Source of the DNA: a bacterium
GTDB taxonomy: Bacteria; Hinthialibacterota; Hinthialibacteria; Hinthialibacterales; Hinthialibacteraceae
Assembly (NCBI GenBank): GCA_963662285.2
Contig: CAXXMV010000008.1
Coordinates: 320,001 to 384,000 of the forward strand
DNA length: 64,000 nucleotides
Direction: 5' to 3'
Shown: one piece after another, positions 9,900-19,535 of the stretch
Position numbering within the stretch: the stretch's first letter is position 1
Layout: each line of letters opens with the position of its first letter
Notes under the pieces: generated by a model
Told to the model about the DNA's origin: nothing
The model's database searches: none
The model's input: the letters and a program-made list of their open reading frames with translations, nothing else
Made by a program: the position numbers and the translations under genes

Positions 9900-12503
9900 A
9901 TGAAAATAATCCACACATTCCTTATTTTATCGGCCTCTATTTTATTTATTATTCTCTTATCAAATGGCGCATATTCTAGTGAATCGAATTTTCAACCCAG
10001 TCTAGCATCTTATAATATATCTCCGACAGAGGCTGCGCCGGGAGATTATATAAATTGCCGTTTCGATTTCATCAATGATGGTCAAGCGCCTTCAATAGCG
10101 AACGAGAGGATATTTCTCCATTTCACCGTTCCACAAAATCCCTCGTTAATACTTTGGCAAGCCGATCATGATCCTCTGGTATCCACCCAATTCTGGATGC
10201 CCAATCAAACCATCGAAGACGGCCCCTTGCCAGTGCTTGTTCCTCAAGATATTAAAGACGGGACATATTGCGTACGGGTTGGATTATGGAACCCCGCCAC
10301 CAATTTACGCAGCCTTGAAGCAATTCCCTCCGTCACCCTGACAATTAACCGGAATATAAAAAGCCTTGCGCAACAATCGATTCCATCGATCCCGGTCGAT
10401 ACGGCTAACCGGAAAAACAAATCATTGTTATTGCAGCGTTTTCTGGCTGGTTCTCAAGTTCAATTGGAAAGTGACAATTTGCTATTCCAAATAAAACTTA
10501 AAGAAGGACTATTCTGCATCCAAAACAAAGGCTCCGGCGCCGTATGGCAGAGTTCGCCTTCAGCCAATGGCTTGGGATTTGTTTCAGCCAAAAAGAATAA
10601 TAAACCATTCCGTATTCCGCTTAATGACCTGAAGGTTTTGTCAGAATCTTCCAAACAATGCCGCCTTCAAAAAGAGATCAATGGTTCAGTTATAATCGAA
10701 ATCGAATTTCAACTTAACGCCAAACAACAATGCCTCAATGTTTCCTGGAAAACCGGCGCCGACTGGCAGTTCTACAAAATTGAATGGGATTCCCTACTAT
10801 GGACGACGGACTCCTTGGGCATAGGCGCCGTCATCCCGCGATTGATGGGAGAAATGTTCCCCGCCAATTCAGTCATTGAATACACCAAAACTTTTGGAAC
10901 CTACGCTGGCTGGGGTGGGCTGCATATCCCCATGACCGGCATGATGAACAAAAATGGTTCAGCGCTGCTTAGTTGGCAAAGCCCGAATATTTCAGTACAA
11001 CTAAAATCCGTATTGGTCGATCAGAATATCTGGCCGGGATCAAAGAATCAGAGCATCAGTTTGCATAGCGAAGAACCTCAGGGAGAGTTTTCATTATCTA
11101 TCATAGATGGTCATAGATACGTTGATCTAGCTCGTGCTTACCGGAATATCGCTGACAAAAACGGCATTCTGGCCGGGTTAGAGAATAAAGCGCGCCGTAA
11201 CCGTGAGGTCAAAAAACTTTTCGGCGCCGCTGAATTCAAACCGTTCGTCTGCTTCAGGGATATCAGAAATCAGAATGGCGCTCAAAGCGAAAGGATTTAC
11301 AACAATTATACTGAGGAAGATTGCATTCAAATTGCGCGACATCTGCATGACGACCTGCAATTAACCAAGGTTCTCTTCGTTCTGGCAGGATGGATTCACC
11401 GGGGATACGACAATCAACATCCCGATATCCTGCCCGCCGCCCCGGAAATCGGCGGCGACCAGGGCGTAGCGCGAATTTCTGAAAGCGTACGCTCCTACGG
11501 TTACCTGTTCGGTTTGCATGATAATTATCAGGACATGTACACCGACGCTCCATCATGGGATCAGTCGATGATTATGATGGAGCAAAGCGGCCAACGAAAA
11601 AAAGGCGGCGTATGGGCGGGCGGACAATCATGGCTGATTGCATCCAATTACGGCCTGCAACTGGCGCAACGCAATCTGCCTGAAGTCAAAAGACTCTATG
11701 CGCCTAACGCCTATTTTATTGATACGACTTACGCGGCGCCACTGTATGAATCATTTGATCCGCAAAATCCACTAACCCGCATAGAAGACATGCGCTATAA
11801 AAAGGAATTGAGCCGCTACGCCGCACAAACCTTCGGCGTTCATGGATCGGAAACCGGTTTTGCTTTTGGCGTTCCTGAGTCGCATTATTTTGAAGGCATA
11901 TTAAGCGGCGCCCCGATTGTGAAGGATTTTCCTCATCCCGCAGCGCAAGATATCCCCCTGTTTCCATTAATATTTCATGATTGCATCGCCATGTATACTC
12001 ACCAGGGAGACCGCGCGGGAATCAACGACGCCCGCAAAATATTAAAGCATCTGGTTCTGGGAGAAATGCCGCTCTACGATATCGCGCCGCATCAGTACTG
12101 GAAACAGGACATGACCGAACCTGATCTAACTAAAGCGGAAAACTGCTTCGCCCGCTTCAACCAGGGCTGGGGAGAAGGTAAACATCCAACCGACCGCTTC
12201 ATCAAGAACACCTATGAATTCCTATCGCCCTTCGCCGAAGGAGTGGCCGCGCTGCCCATGACCGAACACCGCTATCTAAATGATGATCGTTCGGTGGAAC
12301 GTTCAAAATTCGGCCAGCATTGGCAGGTTATTGTAAATTATGGACCCGAAGACTACCGCTATGGCGAAACCATGCTTCCACCCATGGGATTCGTAGCTGT
12401 CGGGCCGGATTATCTGGCGCAGCATTTCTATCCCAAATTCGGAGAAGAAGCCACATCGCTAATCGTACAACGCGGCGAAACAACTTATATCGGCTTCAAA
12501 TAA
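9900..12503 (+). CDS. Secreted glycoside hydrolase-like protein (DUF5696 / GH101-GH129-like barrel)
   Basis: Signal peptide; N-terminal Ig-like module; GW..RGYDNQHPD, FGLHDNYQD, YFIDT and GSE motifs. Confidence 0.65.
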   Translation: MKIIHTFLILSASILFIILLSNGAYSSESNFQPSLASYNISPTEAAPGDYINCRFDFINDGQAPSIANERIFLHFTVPQNPSLILWQADHDPLVSTQFWMPNQTIEDGPLPVLVPQDIKDGTYCVRVGLWNPATNLRSLEAIPSVTLTINRNIKSLAQQSIPSIPVDTANRKNKSLLLQRFLAGSQVQLESDNLLFQIKLKEGLFCIQNKGSGAVWQSSPSANGLGFVSAKKNNKPFRIPLNDLKVLSESSKQCRLQKEINGSVIIEIEFQLNAKQQCLNVSWKTGADWQFYKIEWDSLLWTTDSLGIGAVIPRLMGEMFPANSVIEYTKTFGTYAGWGGLHIPMTGMMNKNGSALLSWQSPNISVQLKSVLVDQNIWPGSKNQSISLHSEEPQGEFSLSIIDGHRYVDLARAYRNIADKNGILAGLENKARRNREVKKLFGAAEFKPFVCFRDIRNQNGAQSERIYNNYTEEDCIQIARHLHDDLQLTKVLFVLAGWIHRGYDNQHPDILPAAPEIGGDQGVARISESVRSYGYLFGLHDNYQDMYTDAPSWDQSMIMMEQSGQRKKGGVWAGGQSWLIASNYGLQLAQRNLPEVKRLYAPNAYFIDTTYAAPLYESFDPQNPLTRIEDMRYKKELSRYAAQTFGVHGSETGFAFGVPESHYFEGILSGAPIVKDFPHPAAQDIPLFPLIFHDCIAMYTHQGDRAGINDARKILKHLVLGEMPLYDIAPHQYWKQDMTEPDLTKAENCFARFNQGWGEGKHPTDRFIKNTYEFLSPFAEGVAALPMTEHRYLNDDRSVERSKFGQHWQVIVNYGPEDYRYGETMLPPMGFVAVGPDYLAQHFYPKFGEEATSLIVQRGETTYIGFK

Positions 12504-12716
12504 TCAATAATCCACAGCCGGGGCGGGCGCTATTATAAAGATATATCAGTACAATTAGTCTTTATATCTATTTTTTATGAAGTTCCCAAAATTTTCCCAT
12601 ATTTCTTTTTTGGGTTTATTTGTTTTTATCAAACAACACTTTTTATATTTCTTTCCTGATCCACAATTACATGGATCATTTCTACCAGGATTATGAGCCA
12701 CTTTTACCTCCGTATT

Positions 12717-13940
12717 TCATATTCCACTGTTATGTCTCTTAACGACACGATGCATCCACATTAACAAGAATACCAATAATAACGGGCAGACTGCGGTTGA
12801 GATTAATCCGTATCTGGGATTTGATTGTTCGGTTATGAATCCTATGAGCCAGGGCATTAAGACGCATCCTATGTTGCCCGATGCGGCTAGGATGGCGAAT
12901 AGCGAAGCGCCTCCGTCGGGGAATCGGTCTGATGCCACTGCTAATGTTGAAGGCCACAGGCAGCCGACCACCAGACCAATGGATACGCACGCCGCGAGGG
13001 CAATGGGGGCGGATGGGCTGAAGCAACCTACAATAAATAATAGAAAAATTATCATGCAACAAAACATCATCAGCGGGATTGTTCCGGTGCGATGGACAAT
13101 CTGCGATACAACATAACGCCCCATGCCCATGGCTATGGAGAAGACCGCCAGGGCAGCGCCGCCGCTGGATTTTGAATACCCCAATCCCCTTTCGGCGTAT
13201 GCAGGCAGCCATTGCGCCAATCCTACTTCAGTAGCGCCGCCCAGAAAAATGGCCAGCGCCGCAGCTAGCACAAATGGATGCCGGATCAGATAACGCAGCG
13301 AGGTGCGCGATTTATCCTGATGCACAATGGTCGGTGGATGGATCATGAAGAATCCCACACTTATCAGGATGGGGAAAATCAAGATGGTCAAACAGATCGT
13401 GCGCCATGAGATATCCAAGTACAACGCAGCCGAACCAATCAACACGGTGATAACCGCGCCGATGCAATAGAACAGGTGCAATTTGTTTAATGCGGAGGTG
13501 CGCTGCTCCGGTTTGGCAGCCGCCACAATGGGGCTTAAAACCACTTCCATACATGCCGCGCCTAATCCCAGCAAACTTGCGGCCATAAGCAGAACCGTAA
13601 AATTGGGAGCGCAACCAAGCGACGCCAGCCCCAGCGTAATAAAGCCAAGCCCCAGAATGGCGAATAACCGGGCGCCCCAGCGGTCAACCAACGGCCCGGC
13701 GAAGACGATGCCGATCACCATTGCGGAAAAGATAGCCGCTGGAATACGCCCTAACTGCTCGCTGGTCAAATCGCCATTGACGCCGAAGGTCTCGCCGAAG
13801 GTAGTAAGAAAAACCGGGGGAAGGTTGACGCTTATTGCCAGGCACATCATGGCGCTGCAGCAAAGATACACGGTTGGGCTGGTTGATTTGGTTTTCACAT
13901 TGACTCTTTCTGATTTGTATAAAATTGCTCGAAAAATCAT
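12717..13940 (-). CDS. MFS transporter (sugar/FucP-TsgA-like)
   Basis: About 12 hydrophobic segments; motif A GPLVDRWGAR. Confidence 0.88.
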   Translation of the reverse strand: MIFRAILYKSERVNVKTKSTSPTVYLCCSAMMCLAISVNLPPVFLTTFGETFGVNGDLTSEQLGRIPAAIFSAMVIGIVFAGPLVDRWGARLFAILGLGFITLGLASLGCAPNFTVLLMAASLLGLGAACMEVVLSPIVAAAKPEQRTSALNKLHLFYCIGAVITVLIGSAALYLDISWRTICLTILIFPILISVGFFMIHPPTIVHQDKSRTSLRYLIRHPFVLAAALAIFLGGATEVGLAQWLPAYAERGLGYSKSSGGAALAVFSIAMGMGRYVVSQIVHRTGTIPLMMFCCMIIFLLFIVGCFSPSAPIALAACVSIGLVVGCLWPSTLAVASDRFPDGGASLFAILAASGNIGCVLMPWLIGFITEQSNPRYGLISTAVCPLLLVFLLMWMHRVVKRHNSGI

Positions 13941-14087
13941 AAGAGAAATTTGACTTCAAGAATAGGACGCCAACAATTATATAGAAACATATAAGGTATA
14001 CTGTTCTATAAGATAAGCCATAAGTAGAATACGCCCAGGATATTTCCGCTATACTTGTAAAAGATATTTTAATGAGAGGAAACAATC

Positions 14088-14918
14088 ATGATACGATTTA
14101 GTTCGATTTTCTTCACGCTTTCTTTGAGTATATTCATTATCCCGGCTCTTGCCAGCGGCGGCGATGAAGTTATCTTTTCCGAGGATTTTGAAAGCGGCGC
14201 TCTTGATAAATGGGACGCTGATTCGGTGAAGAATGATCCCAAGCGCCTTGTATTAACCAGTGATCCAGACAAGGTTTTCCGCGGAAAGTACTCCGTGGAA
14301 TTCATCGCTCAGGTTGGAGAAGGCAGCGGCGCCAAACTTAATAAATGGTTCATGCCGGGTTATGACGAGGTCTATGCGCGGTGGTACTGTAAGTTCGCCG
14401 ATGATTTCGATCAGGGCAACCACATGCATTTCAACCACCTGCTGGCCAACCGGGCGGATAACAAATGGTCGGCTTTCGGCAAGGCGGGTCTCAAACCGGG
14501 AGGCGATGACTTTTTCACCATCGGTCTGGAACCGTGGCGCGATTGGGGCAATAATCCCGCTCCCGGCGAAATGATGTTCTACAGTTACCACATGGATATG
14601 CCGATTGATCCAAAGATGGGTAAATACTGGGGGCAGATGTTTCGTCCATCACCCAAATTCGTCCCAAAGCGGGGACAGTGGTACTGCATGGAGATGATGA
14701 TTAAAGCCAATACCCCGGGGAAATCCGACGGCGAACAGGCCTTCTGGATCGACGGAGAATTAAAAACCCGCGACGTTGGCATTAGATGGAGAAACACGGA
14801 AGACCTCAAAATAAATGATTTCTGGCTAATGCTCTACGTCCACAACAGCAAACAGATAAACCGGGTTTGGTTTGATGAAGTGGTGATCGATGATAAATAT
14901 ATCGGGCCGCTGAAATAG
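14088..14918 (+). CDS. Secreted beta-jelly-roll protein, polysaccharide lyase-like
   Basis: Signal peptide; FSEDFESG, YARWYCKF, GQWYCMEMMIKANTPG.SDG...WIDG and WFDEVVI motifs. Confidence 0.6.
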   Translation: MIRFSSIFFTLSLSIFIIPALASGGDEVIFSEDFESGALDKWDADSVKNDPKRLVLTSDPDKVFRGKYSVEFIAQVGEGSGAKLNKWFMPGYDEVYARWYCKFADDFDQGNHMHFNHLLANRADNKWSAFGKAGLKPGGDDFFTIGLEPWRDWGNNPAPGEMMFYSYHMDMPIDPKMGKYWGQMFRPSPKFVPKRGQWYCMEMMIKANTPGKSDGEQAFWIDGELKTRDVGIRWRNTEDLKINDFWLMLYVHNSKQINRVWFDEVVIDDKYIGPLK

Positions 14919-15078
14919 GCGGATTCTTTCATGATTGCGGTAAGCCCTTGATCAAGCCACTTATTGTAGAATAAAAATCACTTAACTTAATAACATTGCT
15001 TTTCATGAATGCTCAAGCTATGTATAGTGGATTTTCCGGCTCACCGATTATAATTAGTTGATTTGTTCTGTATATTAT

Positions 15079-16469
15079 GCCTCTTCAAAAAAATCTGTGG
15101 GTGAAATTTGGTTCTGGTAAATCGCCAAGTGTATGATATAAGGCGATTTCCAGCGCTTTGTAGGTTCGAAAACCGTACGCCATTTTGGTAGTCACTTTGG
15201 CCTTGTTGTTTAAGCCTTCCACCACTCCAGAAGAAAACTCCTTTTTCGCCCGAAACCAGTTCAAAATCAGTTCGCGATGGTTGCGCAGCATCTTGGCCAC
15301 TTTCTTCATTGGTTCGATTCGCGAGCGCATGGTTTTAGTACACCACTGATCCATGAAGCGTCCAGCCCACCATGCTGATTTATATTCCCAGAAAAATTGA
15401 AATTCCTCTTTGAGAAGATAACTTCTCACCGTGCGCAGATTATATCGAACCACGTTGGCTAATTTATCGACCTGCTTGACTGTCAAATTATCCGGGCGTT
15501 TCAGAAACCACCAGCGACTTCCTTTTAATACCGGTTCTAATCCCTTGGCCTTCAATTCACGGGATTCTCCAGCGCGGACTTGATCTATGGCTTTGTTCAT
15601 ATGAGCCATGATGTGAAACCGATCCAATACATTCAGCGCGCTTTTGGCTTTTTTGCGAATGACTTTGAGATAAGCTTTCCACATATCACTGCACACAAAT
15701 TCCAATTTTTTTGAACGCTCTTCCCCGAACCATCTGAAGAATTTCAACAGTGTTTTGATCTTTCTTTTTTCCCCGATCCACAGCAGCCGTTTGCAATTCT
15801 CATTGATTTGATATACCACTGTCACATACTGATGGCCGCCGCCCCATTGCATTTCATCGATTCCAATGGCGGTGATTCCTTCCAGGTTCACATGCTGGCG
15901 GCCCCATTCTACCGCCCGTTCAACCGAATGAAAAACATTGTACCAACTTGTTTGAAATGCTTCCGCCACTTGGCTCCAACTCATCCGCTTGGCCCAGCTC
16001 GCCAAGAACCATTGATAGATATGCGTTAATTCATGTTTACCATCGGCCCAAGGTACCTTTTCAACTTTCACTCCACAGCGGTGACAATTCACGCGGCGCA
16101 TGGCATAGATCAGGAATACGGTTAATCCCCATATCGGGATAAACTCAAATCGGCGCGCATCTAATCTGTCATAACCTGATCCTTTTTCTCCGCAGCATGA
16201 ACATATCGGGCGGCTTTTGACATGAGCACGGACTTTTACCTCTATGGATGTTTTACCATTCCATTCACCAAATTTGCTAGAAGCATATACATACCCCTTG
16301 ATTTTATGAACACGATTGAGGATTCTAATGACATCCATCCGGTTTCCTCCTGGTTGATGATTTTTCGCTGATTTCATTCTTTCAGGATAAGAGACCGGAT
16401 GTCTTTTTTATACCTCTACTATTCGAAGTATTTTTGCTATCATTCACCCACAGATTTCTTTATAGAACC
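15079..16469 (-). mobile_element. Complete ISL3-family insertion sequence (1391 bp)
   Basis: 27-bp imperfect terminal inverted repeats: gcctcttcaaaaaaatctgtgggtgaa versus right-end reverse complement ggttctataaagaaatctgtgggtgaa (22/27). 8-bp direct repeat TATATTAT at 15071-15078 and 16470-16477. Confidence 0.95.
15085..16338 (-). CDS. ISL3 family transposase
   Basis: Zn-finger CxxC..CxxC, IGIDE, CSDMW, DRFH and SSGVVEGLNNK..AYGFR. Likely start ATG 16338 after GGAGG. Confidence 0.95.
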   Translation of the reverse strand: MDVIRILNRVHKIKGYVYASSKFGEWNGKTSIEVKVRAHVKSRPICSCCGEKGSGYDRLDARRFEFIPIWGLTVFLIYAMRRVNCHRCGVKVEKVPWADGKHELTHIYQWFLASWAKRMSWSQVAEAFQTSWYNVFHSVERAVEWGRQHVNLEGITAIGIDEMQWGGGHQYVTVVYQINENCKRLLWIGEKRKIKTLLKFFRWFGEERSKKLEFVCSDMWKAYLKVIRKKAKSALNVLDRFHIMAHMNKAIDQVRAGESRELKAKGLEPVLKGSRWWFLKRPDNLTVKQVDKLANVVRYNLRTVRSYLLKEEFQFFWEYKSAWWAGRFMDQWCTKTMRSRIEPMKKVAKMLRNHRELILNWFRAKKEFSSGVVEGLNNKAKVTTKMAYGFRTYKALEIALYHTLGDLPEPNFTHRFF

Positions 16470-16546
16470 TATATTATAAAATGAAGTTCAGCCTGTTATG
16501 GAATGACCTTTGTCAAAAGAAATCTTAACGTTAGAAAGGATTTGCA

Positions 16547-19312
16547 ATGATTCGTAACGATTTAAAAACATTAACTCACCGAATGTCTACTTCTTGGATT
16601 TTTGAAAAACGTTTTTGGGCGACGGGTTGTTTGATGCTGTGTTTGACGATTATACAAGCATTCGCTCAGGATACGCTTAGTTGGGAATCAGAAAAATTCG
16701 GTCCATTCGATATGCAAGAGATTGAATTGACGTTCAATTCCGATTCGCATTATTACGAGGGATCAACCCATATCATGTTCCCATATCTCACCAATTCCAA
16801 CACGATTGGCTTTTTCGTGTTCGATGGCGAACTTATATACAATAAGGTTTTTGATCGATTCCAACATCTTTATATTTATGCACAAGGTCTAAACGTGCCG
16901 ATTGGAACAACGGGAGGCGTTTTATATTCTCTTAGCGTCGGTTACGATTACGCTCCCCCCTCGCCTCCTGCCAATCCTTGTGGAGGTAAACAGCCCTGCT
17001 GTTATGCTGTTTGTTACACCTGTCCGCCTACGTATCTTATAACTGGAACAGCTACAATCACTGCGGGACAAGGAATTCCAACCGGAATCGCCCAATCAGT
17101 CTACCCTTTATCCTTTGATAATGAAATCGTTTTTAACAATAGCACAAATTTCACCATGGCTGGTAAAGCGTTGGTCTTTGGACACGAAACAGGAGATAAT
17201 GGATATCTAAACTATTATGATGGAATAATACATTTCCGTGCAAATGTTAATTATAACGCCATGTTCGATACGGTAACGAGCATGACATTCAATTCTCTGC
17301 ACGATATTTCCGGTACGGCGAATGGAACATTACATACACCAGAACTTCCGGTGATCGGCAGCAGGGATATTGGCAATGTCGAAGCGGATATTGACGAAAA
17401 TGGTTTTTCTGGATGTATTCACATTCCCGTTCCCGGTATTCCAAAAAAAATCTGTACTCCCGGCGCTTGCGTAATGAGTATTTGCACGCCAAAAAAATGC
17501 GTGCCGAACCCGGCGTATTACACTATTCCCGTAAATTTCAAAATGACTAACACTGGAGAATTCTCTGTCTTTAAAAAATTGGAGCGCTCCAAACCGTGGG
17601 AATTTTCCGCTCAGCAACTGGCTCAGATCGACGATCAAGGCAAAGGGATCGTCTTTATGTCTAACTGGCGCAGCATTGATATAAGTTCCACACAAGGAGA
17701 GAATCAGCGATTCCAAGTTCTCCCTAACGCGGATCAAGTCACAACCCTGGAAATATCAGAAGGCTTGCCCGCCGTTATTTTCCGAATTGGATTCACCAAT
17801 GAAAACGCGTCTGAAGTCTCCGCCATCCTGACTTTTCCAGATGGAACGCAATGGAACCTGAAAGACGGCTTGAATGCGGAATTTGAAGAAAACAAAGGTT
17901 TCTCTTTGTGGAATCCAGAAGGGAAAGACGCTTCTTTCTTCGTGCGCAATCCAGAGGCTGGCTCTTACACTATAACAATTCAGAATGGAGATGAATTAGG
18001 TGATTTCAGCTTTGAGGCGTTGGCGCAAAATCATCTTCCCAATGTTGATATTAAATCAGTTGAACCTACGGATGATTCCGGTGTGTACCGGATTGAATGG
18101 ATCGATTACGATCCCGACGATAACGCGGAAGTGGGAATTTATTTAGATACTGACCGGAAAGGGCGCGATGGCCGTCTCGTGGCCACTATCGAAGAAGATC
18201 ATCCTGATAACGTGTTTCTACTGGACGTTAATGAATTGGATATCCCGCCGGATTGGTATTATGTCATGCTGAAGATAAAAGACGGCGTTAATCCGGTTGA
18301 TTACGAGTATGCTTTAACTCCAATCCACGTCGCCAATCCCAATGCGCCTTCGCCAGTAACAAATATAGCCGTTAACGCTGGTGACCGTGAATTCACGCTG
18401 CAATGGGAACTAGTCGAAGATTCAGACATCACTCAATACGAGGTTCTTTATACATCGATCATGGAGCCGGATTCATTTACTCCAATTAGATGGTTGCCTT
18501 CAGATGTGAATAAGTTGACGGTCACCGGTCTGGATAACGGATATCCGGTATTAGTAACTGTTCGCGCTGTCAACCAAGCCGGATTGGCTTCTGAAATCAC
18601 CACTATTCTCCAAGTTGTAACCCAATCCGCTACAGGGCGCTCCCACCCGGTAATCATCTCCGAACCGGTAACAACCGCCGCCGTGGGAGAAACATATATA
18701 TATTTCCCGCAATTTTTTGACGCGGACATCCATCATTTCGCCAAACCGCTGCCGAACGGGGAAACGGAATACGTGGATCCATACGTGTGGACGCTGTTGG
18801 AAGGTCCAGAAGGTATGGTGATGGATCAGGGACGCTTCCTGCTCTGGACGCCCACCGAAGCTCAACTGGGCGAGCATAATATCGTGATTCAATTAACGGA
18901 TCAATACGCTCTCGACGGTGCGGATGAAGATCACGGCGGCGGGATTCAGGAATTCACTATCCTGGCGCAAGAGTTCTATCCCATCACCAGCCAATCCCAG
19001 CATCCGTTTGAATTTCTGTCATATCCAAATCTCATTGCCTTTGAAGGCGAAACATACACATATCAGCCAATCCTGAACGCGGCGGAAGATCAAGTTAAGT
19101 TTGAGTTAATCATGGGACCGGAAGGTATGACCATATCCGCATCCGGCGCCTTGGAATGGACCGTTCCAGCGAACGCCAAAGGCTCTAAGGTTTTCATACT
19201 AGCTACAGTGGATGGCGAATACAAGGTGGAACAAGAATTCTTTTTGGGAACGATCACAGAAGCGAACACGCTTCATTCTTCTATCGTAGATACTTGGAAC
19301 CAGATGAAATAA
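16547..19312 (+). CDS. Large secreted/surface protein with Cys-rich loops, Fn3 and two cadherin/He_PIG-like Ig domains; C-terminal tail SSIVDTWNQMK
   Basis: Signal peptide ending AFA-Q; Fn3 (APSPVTN..LQW..YEV..VTGLDNG..VRAVN); Ig repeats (GETYIY..GPEGM..LLWTP and GETYTY..GPEGM..LEWTVP). Confidence 0.75.
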   Translation: MIRNDLKTLTHRMSTSWIFEKRFWATGCLMLCLTIIQAFAQDTLSWESEKFGPFDMQEIELTFNSDSHYYEGSTHIMFPYLTNSNTIGFFVFDGELIYNKVFDRFQHLYIYAQGLNVPIGTTGGVLYSLSVGYDYAPPSPPANPCGGKQPCCYAVCYTCPPTYLITGTATITAGQGIPTGIAQSVYPLSFDNEIVFNNSTNFTMAGKALVFGHETGDNGYLNYYDGIIHFRANVNYNAMFDTVTSMTFNSLHDISGTANGTLHTPELPVIGSRDIGNVEADIDENGFSGCIHIPVPGIPKKICTPGACVMSICTPKKCVPNPAYYTIPVNFKMTNTGEFSVFKKLERSKPWEFSAQQLAQIDDQGKGIVFMSNWRSIDISSTQGENQRFQVLPNADQVTTLEISEGLPAVIFRIGFTNENASEVSAILTFPDGTQWNLKDGLNAEFEENKGFSLWNPEGKDASFFVRNPEAGSYTITIQNGDELGDFSFEALAQNHLPNVDIKSVEPTDDSGVYRIEWIDYDPDDNAEVGIYLDTDRKGRDGRLVATIEEDHPDNVFLLDVNELDIPPDWYYVMLKIKDGVNPVDYEYALTPIHVANPNAPSPVTNIAVNAGDREFTLQWELVEDSDITQYEVLYTSIMEPDSFTPIRWLPSDVNKLTVTGLDNGYPVLVTVRAVNQAGLASEITTILQVVTQSATGRSHPVIISEPVTTAAVGETYIYFPQFFDADIHHFAKPLPNGETEYVDPYVWTLLEGPEGMVMDQGRFLLWTPTEAQLGEHNIVIQLTDQYALDGADEDHGGGIQEFTILAQEFYPITSQSQHPFEFLSYPNLIAFEGETYTYQPILNAAEDQVKFELIMGPEGMTISASGALEWTVPANAKGSKVFILATVDGEYKVEQEFFLGTITEANTLHSSIVDTWNQMK

Positions 19313-19344
19313 AGGTTTTTCGGGATATCAGCGATAAAAACAAT

Positions 19345-19388
19345 AACTGGGTGGGATCAGAAAAAAAATGATCCCACCCAGTTTTGTT
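19345..19388 (+). terminator. Probable intrinsic terminator
   Basis: 15-bp stem aactgggtgggatca/tgatcccacccagtt followed by T-rich sequence, downstream of the 921-aa gene. Confidence 0.7.
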
Positions 19389-19421
19389 AATTGATTTGTT
19401 CGGTGTGACGGGCGCCAAAAC

Positions 19422-19521
19422 CAAGACCACATTGCGTCCAGCCCTTGATACTATCACTTTTGGTATTGATATAATTCATAGGCGACAGTAACACCGTGCG
19501 ACCACAAGGGATCGCCCCTAC
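19422..19521. repeat. Composite repeat: MITE-end variant plus GTAG-type REP
   Basis: caagaccacattgcgtccagcccttgatactatcactt resembles 40568-40605. The reverse complement of 19496-19521 is gtaggggcgatcccttgtggtcgcac. Confidence 0.7.
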
Positions 19522-19535
19522 GGTAAATTGCGATT

